Positions 1 to 8,886 are shown, counted from the stretch's first letter. The stretch is DNA of 64,000 nucleotides from an uncultured Candidatus Saccharibacteria bacterium (GCA_938046735.1 CALIXF010000003.1:16463-80462), one strand, 5' to 3'. The notes: generated from the letters alone by a model not told the origin. Translations and numbers: made by a program.

Positions 1-210
1 ATATAATTTTCTATTTTGGTGAATAAAATTTTGAAAAAAAGAAGAGATGCTGAGCGTAATTTAAATGGTTATGATTGAACTACTGGATAAATAGAGCTAT
101 GATGAGATTAAGTTTGAAATAGAAAAGTGGATGGATAAAAACATGAGTGTGAAGTTTTTAGCTAACTAGGTTAGTAAGTGATAAACAGGCTGAGAAAACT
201 ATGCTGAAAT

Positions 211-238
211 AAAAAATACCGCCGGAGCGGTATTTTAG
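211..238. terminator. Rho-independent terminator hairpin (ATACCGC-CGGA-GCGGTAT flanked by A/T runs) downstream of the Hsp20 gene
   Basis: Perfect GC-rich inverted repeat with a T-run on one side and an A-run on the other, sitting at the 3' end of the minus-strand Hsp20 CDS. Confidence 0.6.
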
Positions 239-255
239 GAAAGACTTCAGGGATT

Positions 256-765
256 TTACTGAATAGGAATTTTGGTTGGGGTTTCGGTCTTTTCCTTTTC
301 AAAGGAAATGGTTAGGACGCCGTCTTTTAGTTCAGCCTTTACGCTTCCTTCATCTTCGCGGACGGAAACTGGGAGTGCGATAGTGCGAGAAAACTCGCCC
401 CAGTAACATTCTTGAATATGCCAACGAGTGGTTTGCTCGTCTTCGCCGCCGCTAAGGATGCCTGAGATGGTTAAGATGTTGTCAGAGATGGTTACGTCGA
501 GGTCATTTTTGGAAATGCCTGCGGTGCGAGCTTTAACAACTAATTTATCAGCAGTTTCATAAACATCAACTGCTAATTGACCTGGAAAATCTTCCGGTTC
601 GTCCCACGCCTCTGGATCTTCTTCTGATGGAAAACTATTAGAAGTTTGAGCAGGGCTTTGCTCAACCTCTTCTTGGCTATCATTGTCCAGAAATGCAGCC
701 GCGAGTTCGTCTTCCATAAGCATGTCGTCGTCATTTGTACGAGCCATTGCTAAGTATTCCTCCAC
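256..765 (-). CDS. Hsp20/alpha-crystallin family small heat-shock protein
   Basis: 169 aa; alpha-crystallin-domain-like core (VDVYETADKLVVKARTAGISKNDLDVTISDNILTISG...) with an acidic N-terminal region. Confidence 0.75.
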   Translation of the reverse strand: MEEYLAMARTNDDDMLMEDELAAAFLDNDSQEEVEQSPAQTSNSFPSEEDPEAWDEPEDFPGQLAVDVYETADKLVVKARTAGISKNDLDVTISDNILTISGILSGGEDEQTTRWHIQECYWGEFSRTIALPVSVREDEGSVKAELKDGVLTISFEKEKTETPTKIPIQ

Positions 766-801
766 TTTTAACTATTGTTATGGTTAATTATAGGAGTGGT
801 T

Positions 802-1515
802 ATGTTAAAAAGCAAGAGAAAAGTGCCTTTTGATGTAAAAAGTACAATAATAAATATAATATTAGAATTGTTGGCACCAAAGAGATGTGAAAGATGTGGA
901 GTCATGGGGTCGGTACTTTGTGATTGTTGTAAAAAATATCTTAGAGAGACTAATCCTAGTTATATTATTAAGGAGATAAGGGGATTTTCGGAGATTATAG
1001 TGGGAGGGATAAAGGAAGGAATGTTATCTAAAATAGTGAAAATGTATAAATATGGGTGTAACCGGGAAATAGCACCAATACTGGCAGATATAGTGAAGGA
1101 TAGATTATTGGAGATAGTAGAAGATGAAAAAAGGTTAGGGCGTAAAGTAGTGATAGTTCCCTTGCCAACAATAACTAAGCATATCAGGGAGAGGGGTTTT
1201 GATCACATTAAATTAATTGCAAAGGAATTTGCAGGAATAGTTAGAGTTGAATATTTAATTTCTAGATATAGAAATACAGTGCAGGTTGGGAAGGGAGCAG
1301 ATGAGAGGTTAAAACAGGCAAAACTAGCTTATCAAATGAAGACTGGAGCGAAATGTGAACAAAATTGTAAATATATACTATTTGATGATGTTTGGACGAC
1401 TGGAGGAAGTATGTGCGCGGCACTAGAGACAATGAAGAAAAGTGGTGCAAAAGATGTTGGTGCACTTCTAGTGATGAGTAATGATTATATTGGGATATCA
1501 AAAAAACTACCCTGA
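802..1515 (+). CDS. comFC: ComF/ComFC-family competence protein (N-terminal 4-Cys zinc finger plus phosphoribosyltransferase domain)
   Basis: CERCG...CDCC zinc-finger motif near the N-terminus; C-terminal PRTase signature ILFDDVWTTGGSMCAALETM; ATG at 802 in frame with a possible TTG at 775. Confidence 0.75.
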   Translation: MLKSKRKVPFDVKSTIINIILELLAPKRCERCGVMGSVLCDCCKKYLRETNPSYIIKEIRGFSEIIVGGIKEGMLSKIVKMYKYGCNREIAPILADIVKDRLLEIVEDEKRLGRKVVIVPLPTITKHIRERGFDHIKLIAKEFAGIVRVEYLISRYRNTVQVGKGADERLKQAKLAYQMKTGAKCEQNCKYILFDDVWTTGGSMCAALETMKKSGAKDVGALLVMSNDYIGISKKLP

Positions 1516-1531
1516 GACAGGTTAGATGATA

Positions 1532-1924
1532 TTAACGGGTAGTATTGACGCCAATAACGGAATTAAGGACGAAATTGACGATGGCGAAGGCAAGAAGTGA
1601 GATAATGAGACCGATAATTGCATAAAGAACGGTATTTTTAGCATCGGTAACTTTTTTACTATCACCACCAGAAAGAATATAGCGGAGACCTCCATAAACG
1701 AGCATAATAACAGAGATGAGACCAACAATAAGAAGAATTGTATTGGTGATACGGCTAAAGACACCATTATCGCCAATCAACTCAGTTGGCATACCCTCAG
1801 CACGGGCAGCATCTGCACCTTCTTGAATAGAAATGGCGGAAGCAAGAGCGCGACTGGTTGAGAGGCAGATGAGTGCGCCAAGACCGGTTAAGGTTTGAGC
1901 TAAGGTTTTTGTAATTCTTTTCAT
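1532..1924 (-). CDS. VirB2/TrbC-like pilin-family small membrane protein (signal peptide plus two TM helices)
   Basis: 130 aa; N-terminal signal-like segment, then two hydrophobic helices separated by a short polar loop (SGGDSKKVTDAKN); same architecture as the paralog at 48715-49098. Confidence 0.5.
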   Translation of the reverse strand: MKRITKTLAQTLTGLGALICLSTSRALASAISIQEGADAARAEGMPTELIGDNGVFSRITNTILLIVGLISVIMLVYGGLRYILSGGDSKKVTDAKNTVLYAIIGLIISLLAFAIVNFVLNSVIGVNTTR

Positions 1925-2079
1925 AATAAACTATTGAATCTCGTAATTACTTAAATGATATGCTTATTTTACCACATATGGCCCAAAAAAGCAATTTCTA
2001 CGATTTGCATGGGGATTTTATAAGTATATGGAGAAGATATGCAGAAATGCATAAAAAAACCTCAACTGAGGCAATTTTA

Positions 2080-2172
2080 TGGCGGAGAGTGGGAGATTCG
2101 AACTCCCGCTGCAGGTCTCCCCACACTAGCGATTTAGCAAACCGCCCCCTTCAGCCACTTGGGTAACTCTCC
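2080..2172 (-). tRNA. tRNA-Ser (anticodon GCT), class II with long variable arm
   Basis: Reverse complement reads GGAGAGT...acceptor, anticodon stem GCGGT/ATCGC with loop TTGCTAA (anticodon GCT), long variable arm, T-loop GTTCGAATC and 3' CCA. Confidence 0.85.
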
Positions 2173-2272
2173 TTCTTTCCTATCTTAGCATATTTTATGT
2201 AATTAGAGAACGAATTTAAAGAAATATAGTGTTGTGATATAATTTAAAAAAGCTAATGAATATTGAGGTGAT

Positions 2273-2740
2273 ATGGGAAAAAATAATGAGATAATACAGT
2301 GGGAGGCTGAAGAGTATGTCTCGCACGATAAAAACATGGGCTGGTATCTTGGATTAGTAGTCGTTGGAGTTATTCTGTCACTTATTTCGATTCGCTTTGA
2401 GTGGTGGACATTTACAGCATTAATTATTGTGTCAGTAATTGCTTTGATAGTTTATTCAGTTCGTCCGCCGAGAAAAATTCAATACGCGCTTTCCGAAAAA
2501 GGGCTAACTGAGGGTGAGAGAATGTATCGTTTTGAAGAATATAAAGCTTTTGGAGTATTGCAAGATGATGTGCATTTTGCCATTATCCTGATGCCAAAAA
2601 AACGTTTTGCACCAGCGGTGACAGTTTATTTCCCTGAGAATAAGGGGGAGGAGATTGTGAATTTTTTTGGAAATCGTCTTCCAATGGAAGAAGTGCGACT
2701 AGACATGATTGATAAGTTAGTGAAAAAGTTACGATTCTAA
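2273..2740 (+). CDS. hypothetical membrane protein (two N-terminal TM helices plus cytoplasmic domain)
   Basis: 155-aa ORF with a GAGGTGA Shine-Dalgarno sequence upstream; two hydrophobic segments; no recognisable family. Confidence 0.5.
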   Translation: MGKNNEIIQWEAEEYVSHDKNMGWYLGLVVVGVILSLISIRFEWWTFTALIIVSVIALIVYSVRPPRKIQYALSEKGLTEGERMYRFEEYKAFGVLQDDVHFAIILMPKKRFAPAVTVYFPENKGEEIVNFFGNRLPMEEVRLDMIDKLVKKLRF

Positions 2741-2814
2741 GAGTTTTGTGTGTTTGAAAAAACAAAACAGTTATGTTAAACTTGGAAAAACATAGTAAAA
2801 AAGAAGGTGGGTAA

Positions 2815-3399
2815 ATGAATCAGAATGATGGCGCACCAATGGTGAGTGCAACGAATACAGCAGATTCAAATGCAGATTTTAACATTAATATTCAGGATCA
2901 GTTAGGGGTGCCACCAGCACCACCGATTCCGGATTTTTTGTCCAATGATCCGATTGATGCGACAAATACTTCAAGTGTAATGGCGGATTTGACAAATATG
3001 GAGCCGACGCCAATTACTAATGAACCTGTGGCGGGGTCAGAGCCGGCAGTAACTTCAGTAAATGAGCCAGTGATGCAAAACGGAAATACAGCAATTGAAG
3101 CTACGGCAGCGGTTACTCCTGTTGAGACTGCTCCTATTGAAACTGGTTCTTCGGTAACTGAAGAAATGAATGCTGATCAATTTGAAAATGTAAAAAAACA
3201 GATGTTACAGGATTTATACCCATTAATGGATAAAATTAAGATGCAGCCAGAGCAGAAATTTAAAGTTTTCAAGCAGATGATTGAATCGACTGGTTCAAAA
3301 GAAATGATTGCTTCTGCATATGAAGCAGTCAAAGGGATTGGCAATGAAGAGGCGCGAGCTGAGGCATTACTATTCCTAGTCGAAAAGGCTGATAGTTAG
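2815..3399 (+). CDS. hypothetical protein with disordered T/P/A/E-rich N-terminal half and helical C-terminal domain
   Basis: 194-aa ORF with a GGTGGG Shine-Dalgarno sequence; followed by a terminator hairpin. Confidence 0.45.
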   Translation: MNQNDGAPMVSATNTADSNADFNINIQDQLGVPPAPPIPDFLSNDPIDATNTSSVMADLTNMEPTPITNEPVAGSEPAVTSVNEPVMQNGNTAIEATAAVTPVETAPIETGSSVTEEMNADQFENVKKQMLQDLYPLMDKIKMQPEQKFKVFKQMIESTGSKEMIASAYEAVKGIGNEEARAEALLFLVEKADS

Positions 3400-3425
3400 T
3401 CTCAAGAAAGAAATAAACTGATAGA

Positions 3426-3451
3426 AATAATCGCTTTCGCGATTATTTTTA
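3426..3451 (+). terminator. Rho-independent terminator (AATAATCGC-TTTC-GCGATTATT followed by a T-run) after the 2815-3399 gene
   Basis: Inverted repeat followed by TTTTT on the plus strand. Confidence 0.6.
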
Positions 3452-3482
3452 ATGAAATTTGAGCGGAGATTTTAATAATTTA

Positions 3483-3516
3483 ATAAAAAAGCTAGAGAAG
3501 GTAAACCTTCTCTAGC
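3483..3516 (-). terminator. Rho-independent terminator for groEL (GCTAGAGAAGG-TAAA-CCTTCTCTAGC followed by a T-run on the minus strand)
   Basis: 11-bp perfect stem; the minus strand shows TTTTTTATTA immediately after the stem. Confidence 0.7.
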
Positions 3517-3532
3517 AAAGCTGAATTATATA

Positions 3533-5155
3533 TTAATACATGCCACCCATACCAGCATTAGCGGCGCTGGTGTCTTCCTTTTCCGGGATTTCAACGATAA
3601 GAGCGCCCATAGTAATAGCTGTGGCTGCAATGCTGATGGCATTTTGGACAGCTTCACGAGTAACGCGAGCAGGGTCGATGACACCAGCCTTTTTAAGGTC
3701 TTGGAGACCTTTCTCAGGTTCCATGACGTTGATTCCCTGACCTGGTTTGGCGTTTTCAACTGTAGCAAGAAGTGCTTGAGAATTGAGACCAGCATTTTCG
3801 AGAATATGAAGGAGAGGAGTTTTCAAAGCATTCTTGACGATCTTTTTACCAGCATTGTTGTCGGTGAGTTGGTTGGCGAGGTTAACAAGGGTAACACCGC
3901 CGCCAGCAACGATACCTTCATCGAGAGCGGCCTTAGTGGCAGCAACGGCGTCATCAACTCGATATTTCTTTTCGTCAATTTCAGTTTCGGTAGCCCCACC
4001 GACTTTAATGACGGCAACTTTACCAGAGAGGGCAGCAGCACGTTTTTCATACTGTTCACGATCATAATCGGAGGTGGCAAGATTGGCCTGAGATTTGATG
4101 AGATCAATACGTTCTTTAACGGCTTTTTGATCACCGGTACCACTAATAATAGTGGAATTATCTTTGGTGGCGATGATTTTCTTAGCGGAGCCCAGAGCGG
4201 AAATTTCAATGTCTTCAAGTTTCATACCTTTATCTTCAGAAATGACAACGGCGTTAGTGAGGACGGCAATATCTTCAAGGATTTCCTTACGGCGATCGCC
4301 AAAGGCTGGTGCCTTAAGAACGAGAGAGTTGAAGACTCCTTTTAGTTTGTTGAGGACGAGAAGTGAAAGAGCTTCACCGCTAACTTCTTCGGCAATAATA
4401 ACGAGATCTTTATGTCCAGACTGAGCGACTTTTTCAAGAATGGGGAGAATCTCATTACTGGTGGAAATTTTCTTGTCAGTGAGAAGAATTAATGGTTTAT
4501 CAAAAACGGCTTCTTGACGATTGACATCGGTGACGAAAAATGGTGAACTGTATCCCTTGTCATAGCTGAAGCCTTCAACGATTTCCTGCTCCATTTCGAG
4601 GCCTTGACCTGCTTCAACAGTAACAATGCCATCTTTGCCGATTTTACTGATTACATCTGCAATTAATTTACCGATTTCTGGATCACCGGCGGAAATAGTA
4701 GCGACTTCTGCAACTTTTTTATCATCTCCTGCGATTTTTTCAGCTGTTTGGTTGATTTTTTCAACAATTTCTTGGCCAGCTTTTTCGATACCTTTGCGAA
4801 GTTCCATGGGATTTATGCCAGCGGCAATTAGTTTGTTGGCTTCATTTAAGATATTATAAGTTAGAACAGTAACAGTGGTTGTACCATCACCAGCAACTTT
4901 GTTGAGTTTTTGAGCAGCAGATTTGATGAGTTTGGCACCGATTTGTTCGCCGAGATTAGTTTCGGTACTACCTAAGTCGACAGCTTCAGCAACAGTGACA
5001 CCATCATGAGTGATAGTTGGGTTACCGTAAGATTTTTCGATAACTACGTTTTGACCTTTTGGACCAAAGGTGACCTTGACTGCATCGTAGAGTTGTTTAG
5101 CTCCACTTAAGACTTTATCACGGGCTTGATCTGCGTAGAAAATTTTCTTTGCCAT
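3533..5155 (-). CDS. groL: chaperonin GroEL (Cpn60)
   Basis: 540 aa; N-terminus MAKKIFYADQARDKVLSGAKQLYDAVKVTFGPKGQNVVIEKSYG..., conserved GroEL core, C-terminal GGM-type tail. Confidence 0.97.
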   Translation of the reverse strand: MAKKIFYADQARDKVLSGAKQLYDAVKVTFGPKGQNVVIEKSYGNPTITHDGVTVAEAVDLGSTETNLGEQIGAKLIKSAAQKLNKVAGDGTTTVTVLTYNILNEANKLIAAGINPMELRKGIEKAGQEIVEKINQTAEKIAGDDKKVAEVATISAGDPEIGKLIADVISKIGKDGIVTVEAGQGLEMEQEIVEGFSYDKGYSSPFFVTDVNRQEAVFDKPLILLTDKKISTSNEILPILEKVAQSGHKDLVIIAEEVSGEALSLLVLNKLKGVFNSLVLKAPAFGDRRKEILEDIAVLTNAVVISEDKGMKLEDIEISALGSAKKIIATKDNSTIISGTGDQKAVKERIDLIKSQANLATSDYDREQYEKRAAALSGKVAVIKVGGATETEIDEKKYRVDDAVAATKAALDEGIVAGGGVTLVNLANQLTDNNAGKKIVKNALKTPLLHILENAGLNSQALLATVENAKPGQGINVMEPEKGLQDLKKAGVIDPARVTREAVQNAISIAATAITMGALIVEIPEKEDTSAANAGMGGMY

Positions 5156-5208
5156 AATTTCCTTTCTATGAAAATGAGATTTGTAATTTATAAAGTTAAA
5201 ATAATGAA

Positions 5209-5469
5209 TTATTTGATGGTTGCAAGAATATCTTCCTCTTTAACAATAAGATACTCTTGGCCGTCAATTTTAATATCAGTGGTAGTATATTCTTTGAAGA
5301 TAATTTTGTCACCGACTTTAATATTTTTGACGTCTGGGCCGACAGATTCTACAGTAGCATAGCTTGGTTTTTCTTTAGCGTCGCCAGGCATGAAAAAACC
5401 CGAGGCAGTTTTTTCTGCTGGAGTTTCTTTCTTTGCAACAACACGATCTTGTAATGGTTTTAGGGTCAT
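5209..5469 (-). CDS. groS: co-chaperonin GroES (Cpn10)
   Basis: 86 aa; MTLKPLQDRVVAKKE... typical GroES; lies immediately upstream of groEL on the same strand with a GGAGGAA Shine-Dalgarno sequence. Confidence 0.95.
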   Translation of the reverse strand: MTLKPLQDRVVAKKETPAEKTASGFFMPGDAKEKPSYATVESVGPDVKNIKVGDKIIFKEYTTTDIKIDGQEYLIVKEEDILATIK

Positions 5470-5532
5470 TTTCCTCCTTAGTTTGTTTAAAAACGATTTA
5501 GACGATTTCTATAATCTATTGTATCGAAAAAG

Positions 5533-5559
5533 TTAGCACTGTCAAGTGGAGAGTGCTAA
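5533..5559. promoter_or_regulatory. CIRCE operator (HrcA binding site) upstream of groES
   Basis: TTAGCACTG-N9-GAGTGCTAA matches the CIRCE consensus TTAGCACTC-N9-GAGTGCTAA with one mismatch; located about 65 bp upstream of the groES start. Confidence 0.9.
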
Positions 5560-5627
5560 TTATTTTTAATAAAATATGAATGAGAGGAGAAAGGAATAAA
5601 AATAATGAAAAATAACAGAGGTGATTG

Positions 5628-5636
5628 TGGTATAAT
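5628..5636 (+). promoter_or_regulatory. extended -10 promoter element (TGGTATAAT) upstream of the Mur-ligase gene
   Basis: TGnTATAAT match 17 nt upstream of the ATG at 5653, with a GTGAGG Shine-Dalgarno sequence between them. Confidence 0.5.
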
Positions 5637-5652
5637 GAAGAAAACGTGAGGT

Positions 5653-6969
5653 ATGAAAATGAGTGTAAAAACATTCTTAATGGATAGAGTTCCTAATTAT
5701 AATAACTTAGTTATTCCTTACCATAAGTTAAAAGCAATGGCGATGGCGTATAAGTATAAATTTCCAGGAAAACGAATGAAAGTGATTGGGGTGACTGGTA
5801 CTAATGGTAAAACGTCAACTTGTTTTTTGATCTGGGAAATGTTGAATATAGCAGGTTATAAAACAGGGTTAATGACGACGGTGGCTTGGGGAGTGGATAA
5901 ATTAGAAGAGCAGGTTGAACATATGACGACCGTGGATACTGAAACCTTGAATCAGCGGATGCAGAAGATAGCTGAAAGTGGGGCGGAATTTCTGGTGCTT
6001 GAGATTACTTCACATGCGTTGGCGCAAAATCGCATATTTGGTGTGCCAATTGAGGTTGCGGTAATGACGAATGTGACGCATGAACATCTAGACTATCACA
6101 AGACTTTTGAAAATTACCGTGATGCAAAGAGGAAGTTATTTAAAATGGCTAAATATGGTGTGATTAATGAGGATGATAAAAGTTGGTCTTATTTTGCAGA
6201 TGATGTAAAAGAATATATCACATATGGTATAAATGGTGGAATTCTGCGTGCTGAGAAAGTTGAGCTTTTGGCGGAAGGGGTGAAGTATCAAGTAGAAATT
6301 CCAAATGTGGATTTTGGAAATAATAAAAAGAAAACTAAGAATGAGATAGCTAAAATACGTACGCATATTCCAGGGAAGTTTACTGTTTATAATTCCCTGG
6401 CGGCAATGGCAGTGGGGTTAAGATTAGGGCTGAGCGTACCGGAAATTGAGACGGGTATTTTGGCGCTTGAGAGTGTTGAAGGGCGAATGAATCGAGTGAA
6501 CGAAGGACAGGATTTTGAAGTGATTGTAGATTATGCTCATACGCCAGATGCATTTTTGAAAGTATTTGAATCGGTGGTACCTGGGAAAAAGAAGCGAATT
6601 ATCTCTCTATTTGGGGGGGCGGGACGTCGTGACGAATCAACAAGAGCAGAACGAGGTGAAATTGGAGCAAAAAATTCAGATATTGTAATTGTGACAGAAG
6701 ATGATTCTCGTGATGAGGATCGCAAGATAATTGCAGAGGAGTTTGCTAAGGGTGCTGAAAAAGAAGGTAAAATTCTTGGTAAAGACTTGTTCGTTATCTT
6801 GGATCGTGAAGAAGCAATTCAAAAAGCAATTGATTTGGCTAAGAAAGATGATATTGTGTTGGTGCTTGGAAAAGGGCATGAAAAAACGATTTTGCGGGCG
6901 GAGGGGGCTGTACCATTTGAAGATTTGAAAGTGACACGGAAAATTTTAAAAAAGAAAATGCAGAAATAG
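5653..6969 (+). CDS. Mur ligase family protein, MurE-like central and C-terminal domains with a short N-terminus
   Basis: P-loop VIGVTGTNGKTST at residue about 45; C-terminal DYAHTPDA and GGAGRRDESTRAERG motifs resembling MurE; the DDSRDE segment replaces the DNPR motif typical of DAP-adding MurE. Confidence 0.7.
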   Translation: MKMSVKTFLMDRVPNYNNLVIPYHKLKAMAMAYKYKFPGKRMKVIGVTGTNGKTSTCFLIWEMLNIAGYKTGLMTTVAWGVDKLEEQVEHMTTVDTETLNQRMQKIAESGAEFLVLEITSHALAQNRIFGVPIEVAVMTNVTHEHLDYHKTFENYRDAKRKLFKMAKYGVINEDDKSWSYFADDVKEYITYGINGGILRAEKVELLAEGVKYQVEIPNVDFGNNKKKTKNEIAKIRTHIPGKFTVYNSLAAMAVGLRLGLSVPEIETGILALESVEGRMNRVNEGQDFEVIVDYAHTPDAFLKVFESVVPGKKKRIISLFGGAGRRDESTRAERGEIGAKNSDIVIVTEDDSRDEDRKIIAEEFAKGAEKEGKILGKDLFVILDREEAIQKAIDLAKKDDIVLVLGKGHEKTILRAEGAVPFEDLKVTRKILKKKMQK

Positions 6970-7054
6970 TTAATTAGTTTGGAAAATGGATTCTGGGACG
7001 AGGATATTAAAATACAACCCTTTGGGTTGTATTTTAGATGATAGAGCATTTGAA

Positions 7055-7813
7055 TTATCCGGCAATATGATCAGGATCGAAGTTACTGATGCCGTTTATG
7101 ATTTGATCTTCGGAAAGATGCATGAGATAGGCAATAGTGGCAGCAGCGGCCATGTAAGAGATGTTAGGTTCACCAGTAAGGAAGCTAGCAACGCTAAAGC
7201 GATGACCTTCAATATTTAGAGTGGCTTCGCTTCCCTTGCGGTAGAGAGTGCGGCGCTCAATCTTGGTATCACTATAATGATCGGAACCATAGGTGAAAGT
7301 GCCTTGCTTGCCTTTGAATTTAGAAAATTCAAGAAAGTTGCTATCATCACGATTTAGAACAACATATTCGGGATTGAGACTAAAGAGGGTATTTTCGGCG
7401 GCAGCATATTCTTCTGGGGTGAGATCAGAAAGTTTTGAGGGGACATAATCGGTGAGAGCGGCCAGGTAGACTGGTAATTGATAAAAGACGTCTTTTTTGA
7501 GAGAATGAGCCGGAGTAGTAATGATACAATAATCAGCACCGGCCTTCCAGGCATCACTAAAAAACTTATAGAGAGTACCAACTTTGATTTCGTCCTCTGA
7601 GGCTAGGATGGCAACTTTTTCGTTAGCTTCTTTGAGAATGTGGTAGACATAGTGAGCAACAACACTTTTACCAGTGGTACCGGTAATACAGATGATACGC
7701 ATATCTTTGAGAATATTCCCATAATAAGTCTTAAGAAGACGTACTTTTATACGACCTGCACGACTACCGGTGAGTTTTGAAGTTGTTTGTTTATGGTCGA
7801 AGTTGTTGTTCAT
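7055..7813 (-). CDS. Mur ligase family protein, central ATP-binding domain only (truncated or stand-alone; no C-terminal domain)
   Basis: 252 aa; P-loop ICITGTTGKS; ends about 85 bp from the convergent Mur-ligase gene, so no room remains for a C-terminal domain. Confidence 0.5.
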   Translation of the reverse strand: MNNNFDHKQTTSKLTGSRAGRIKVRLLKTYYGNILKDMRIICITGTTGKSVVAHYVYHILKEANEKVAILASEDEIKVGTLYKFFSDAWKAGADYCIITTPAHSLKKDVFYQLPVYLAALTDYVPSKLSDLTPEEYAAAENTLFSLNPEYVVLNRDDSNFLEFSKFKGKQGTFTYGSDHYSDTKIERRTLYRKGSEATLNIEGHRFSVASFLTGEPNISYMAAAATIAYLMHLSEDQIINGISNFDPDHIAG

Positions 7814-7834
7814 TATATAAATACCAATAATAAA

Positions 7835-8626
7835 TTAATAATTAAAGAGGTTGTTTAATGAATTGAACGGAAGATCGCTGCCACCAAGGCTTTGTTTGAG
7901 AAAAGAAGTGAAAAGAAGGATTGCAATGGCGTAGATCGCAATGGCGACTAGAGTGTTAGCAAAGATTCTTTGATCGTTTTGATAATCAATTTCTTGGTTG
8001 AAGCCTTCGTAGACCATGATGGAAGTATAAGAAAATCCGGTAAACATGATAATGAGACCAAGATTAACGGATAGCATAGAAACGAGTGGCATGAGGATGA
8101 AGGTAGTGGCGATGGCAGGAAAGCTGGAGACGGTGGCGATAGTGAGAAGACGGAAATAATTACTTTTTTTCTTGAAGATGAGTGAAATGACGTAATAAAT
8201 GGCGGTAATAGCTAGAAGTGGTATAAGATAGGCGATAAATTGTGAAAAAATAGTTTGAAGCCAGTCAATTCTGTCAAGTTTTTGCCAGTTCCAAGAAGCA
8301 GCAACTTGTTTACCGAAAAAAGATTTATGAGCTGGGGTGTAGACTTTGGAGGTAATAGTATTAATTAGTGAAAAGACAGTAAATAAAATGGTGGCAATTA
8401 AGGGAAGTTGCCAAGTATTTTTGAAAGTTGAGAAGCTAGAGAGTTGTTCTCTAAAAGTGGAAGAAGGTTTTTTGAGAGCGGAGATAGTAAATTTAACAAG
8501 ATGATTTTTAGAAACGTCTTGGAGTTTTTGTTTGATAGCGTTAGCGCCAGACGGAGTAGTGGTTTTAGTAGTATTTGTGGTATCCTTTGAAGATTGAGTA
8601 GTATTACTTGTGTTATTTTTTTCCAT
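7835..8626 (-). CDS. integral membrane protein (multi-TM, T/N-rich N-terminus), family uncertain (possibly Yip1-like)
   Basis: 263 aa; about 5 hydrophobic helices; no catalytic motif. Confidence 0.45.
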   Translation of the reverse strand: MEKNNTSNTTQSSKDTTNTTKTTTPSGANAIKQKLQDVSKNHLVKFTISALKKPSSTFREQLSSFSTFKNTWQLPLIATILFTVFSLINTITSKVYTPAHKSFFGKQVAASWNWQKLDRIDWLQTIFSQFIAYLIPLLAITAIYYVISLIFKKKSNYFRLLTIATVSSFPAIATTFILMPLVSMLSVNLGLIIMFTGFSYTSIMVYEGFNQEIDYQNDQRIFANTLVAIAIYAIAILLFTSFLKQSLGGSDLPFNSLNNLFNY

Positions 8627-8682
8627 AAGACTCCTTTTTATTAAATAAATTATAGCACACCTCTATGATTTTTAATTAAATA

Positions 8683-8691
8683 TGCTATAAT
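8683..8691 (+). promoter_or_regulatory. extended -10 element (TGCTATAAT) upstream of tRNA-Arg
   Basis: TGnTATAAT about 74 nt upstream of the tRNA 5' end. Confidence 0.35.
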
Positions 8692-8764
8692 ATGGATGTC
8701 ACGGAAACGTGATGCTCATTTAATTTCTAGGTGGGTATCATCTGAGTCCTTGGATTTGGATGAT

Positions 8765-8841
8765 ATTCACATCTGCACCCGTAGCTCAGCTGGATAGAGC
8801 GTTTGCTTGCGGAGCAAAAGGTCGTAGGTTCGAATCCTGTC
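8765..8841 (+). tRNA. tRNA-Arg, anticodon read as GCG
   Basis: Cloverleaf: acceptor GCACCCG/CGGGTGT, D-arm GCTC-AGCTGGATA-GAGC (A20), anticodon stem TTTGC/GCAAA with loop TTGCGGA, T-loop TTCGAAT, 3' CCA; overall resembles bacterial tRNA-Arg(ACG) but with G34. Confidence 0.75.
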
Positions 8842-8855
8842 GGGTGTACCAAATG

Positions 8856-8886
8856 AAATTTTTTAAAAACTCTTCTTTAGTAGGAA
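8856..8886 (+). terminator. Rho-independent terminator after tRNA-Arg (CTCTTC-loop-GAAGAG followed by TTTTTT)
   Basis: 6-bp stem followed by a T-run. Confidence 0.55.

Noticed and set aside
1960-2166. 68-aa plus-strand ORF
   Set aside because: It overlaps the minus-strand tRNA-Ser(GCT) gene; its translation is an accident of the tRNA sequence.
3540-5155. Several ORFs of 60-233 aa antisense to or nested in groEL (for example 3644-4345+, 3823-4218-, 4152-4424+)
   Set aside because: They lie entirely inside the well-supported groEL CDS on the opposite strand or in an alternate frame. They have no Shine-Dalgarno sequence and low-complexity translations typical of antisense frames of a GC-skewed gene.
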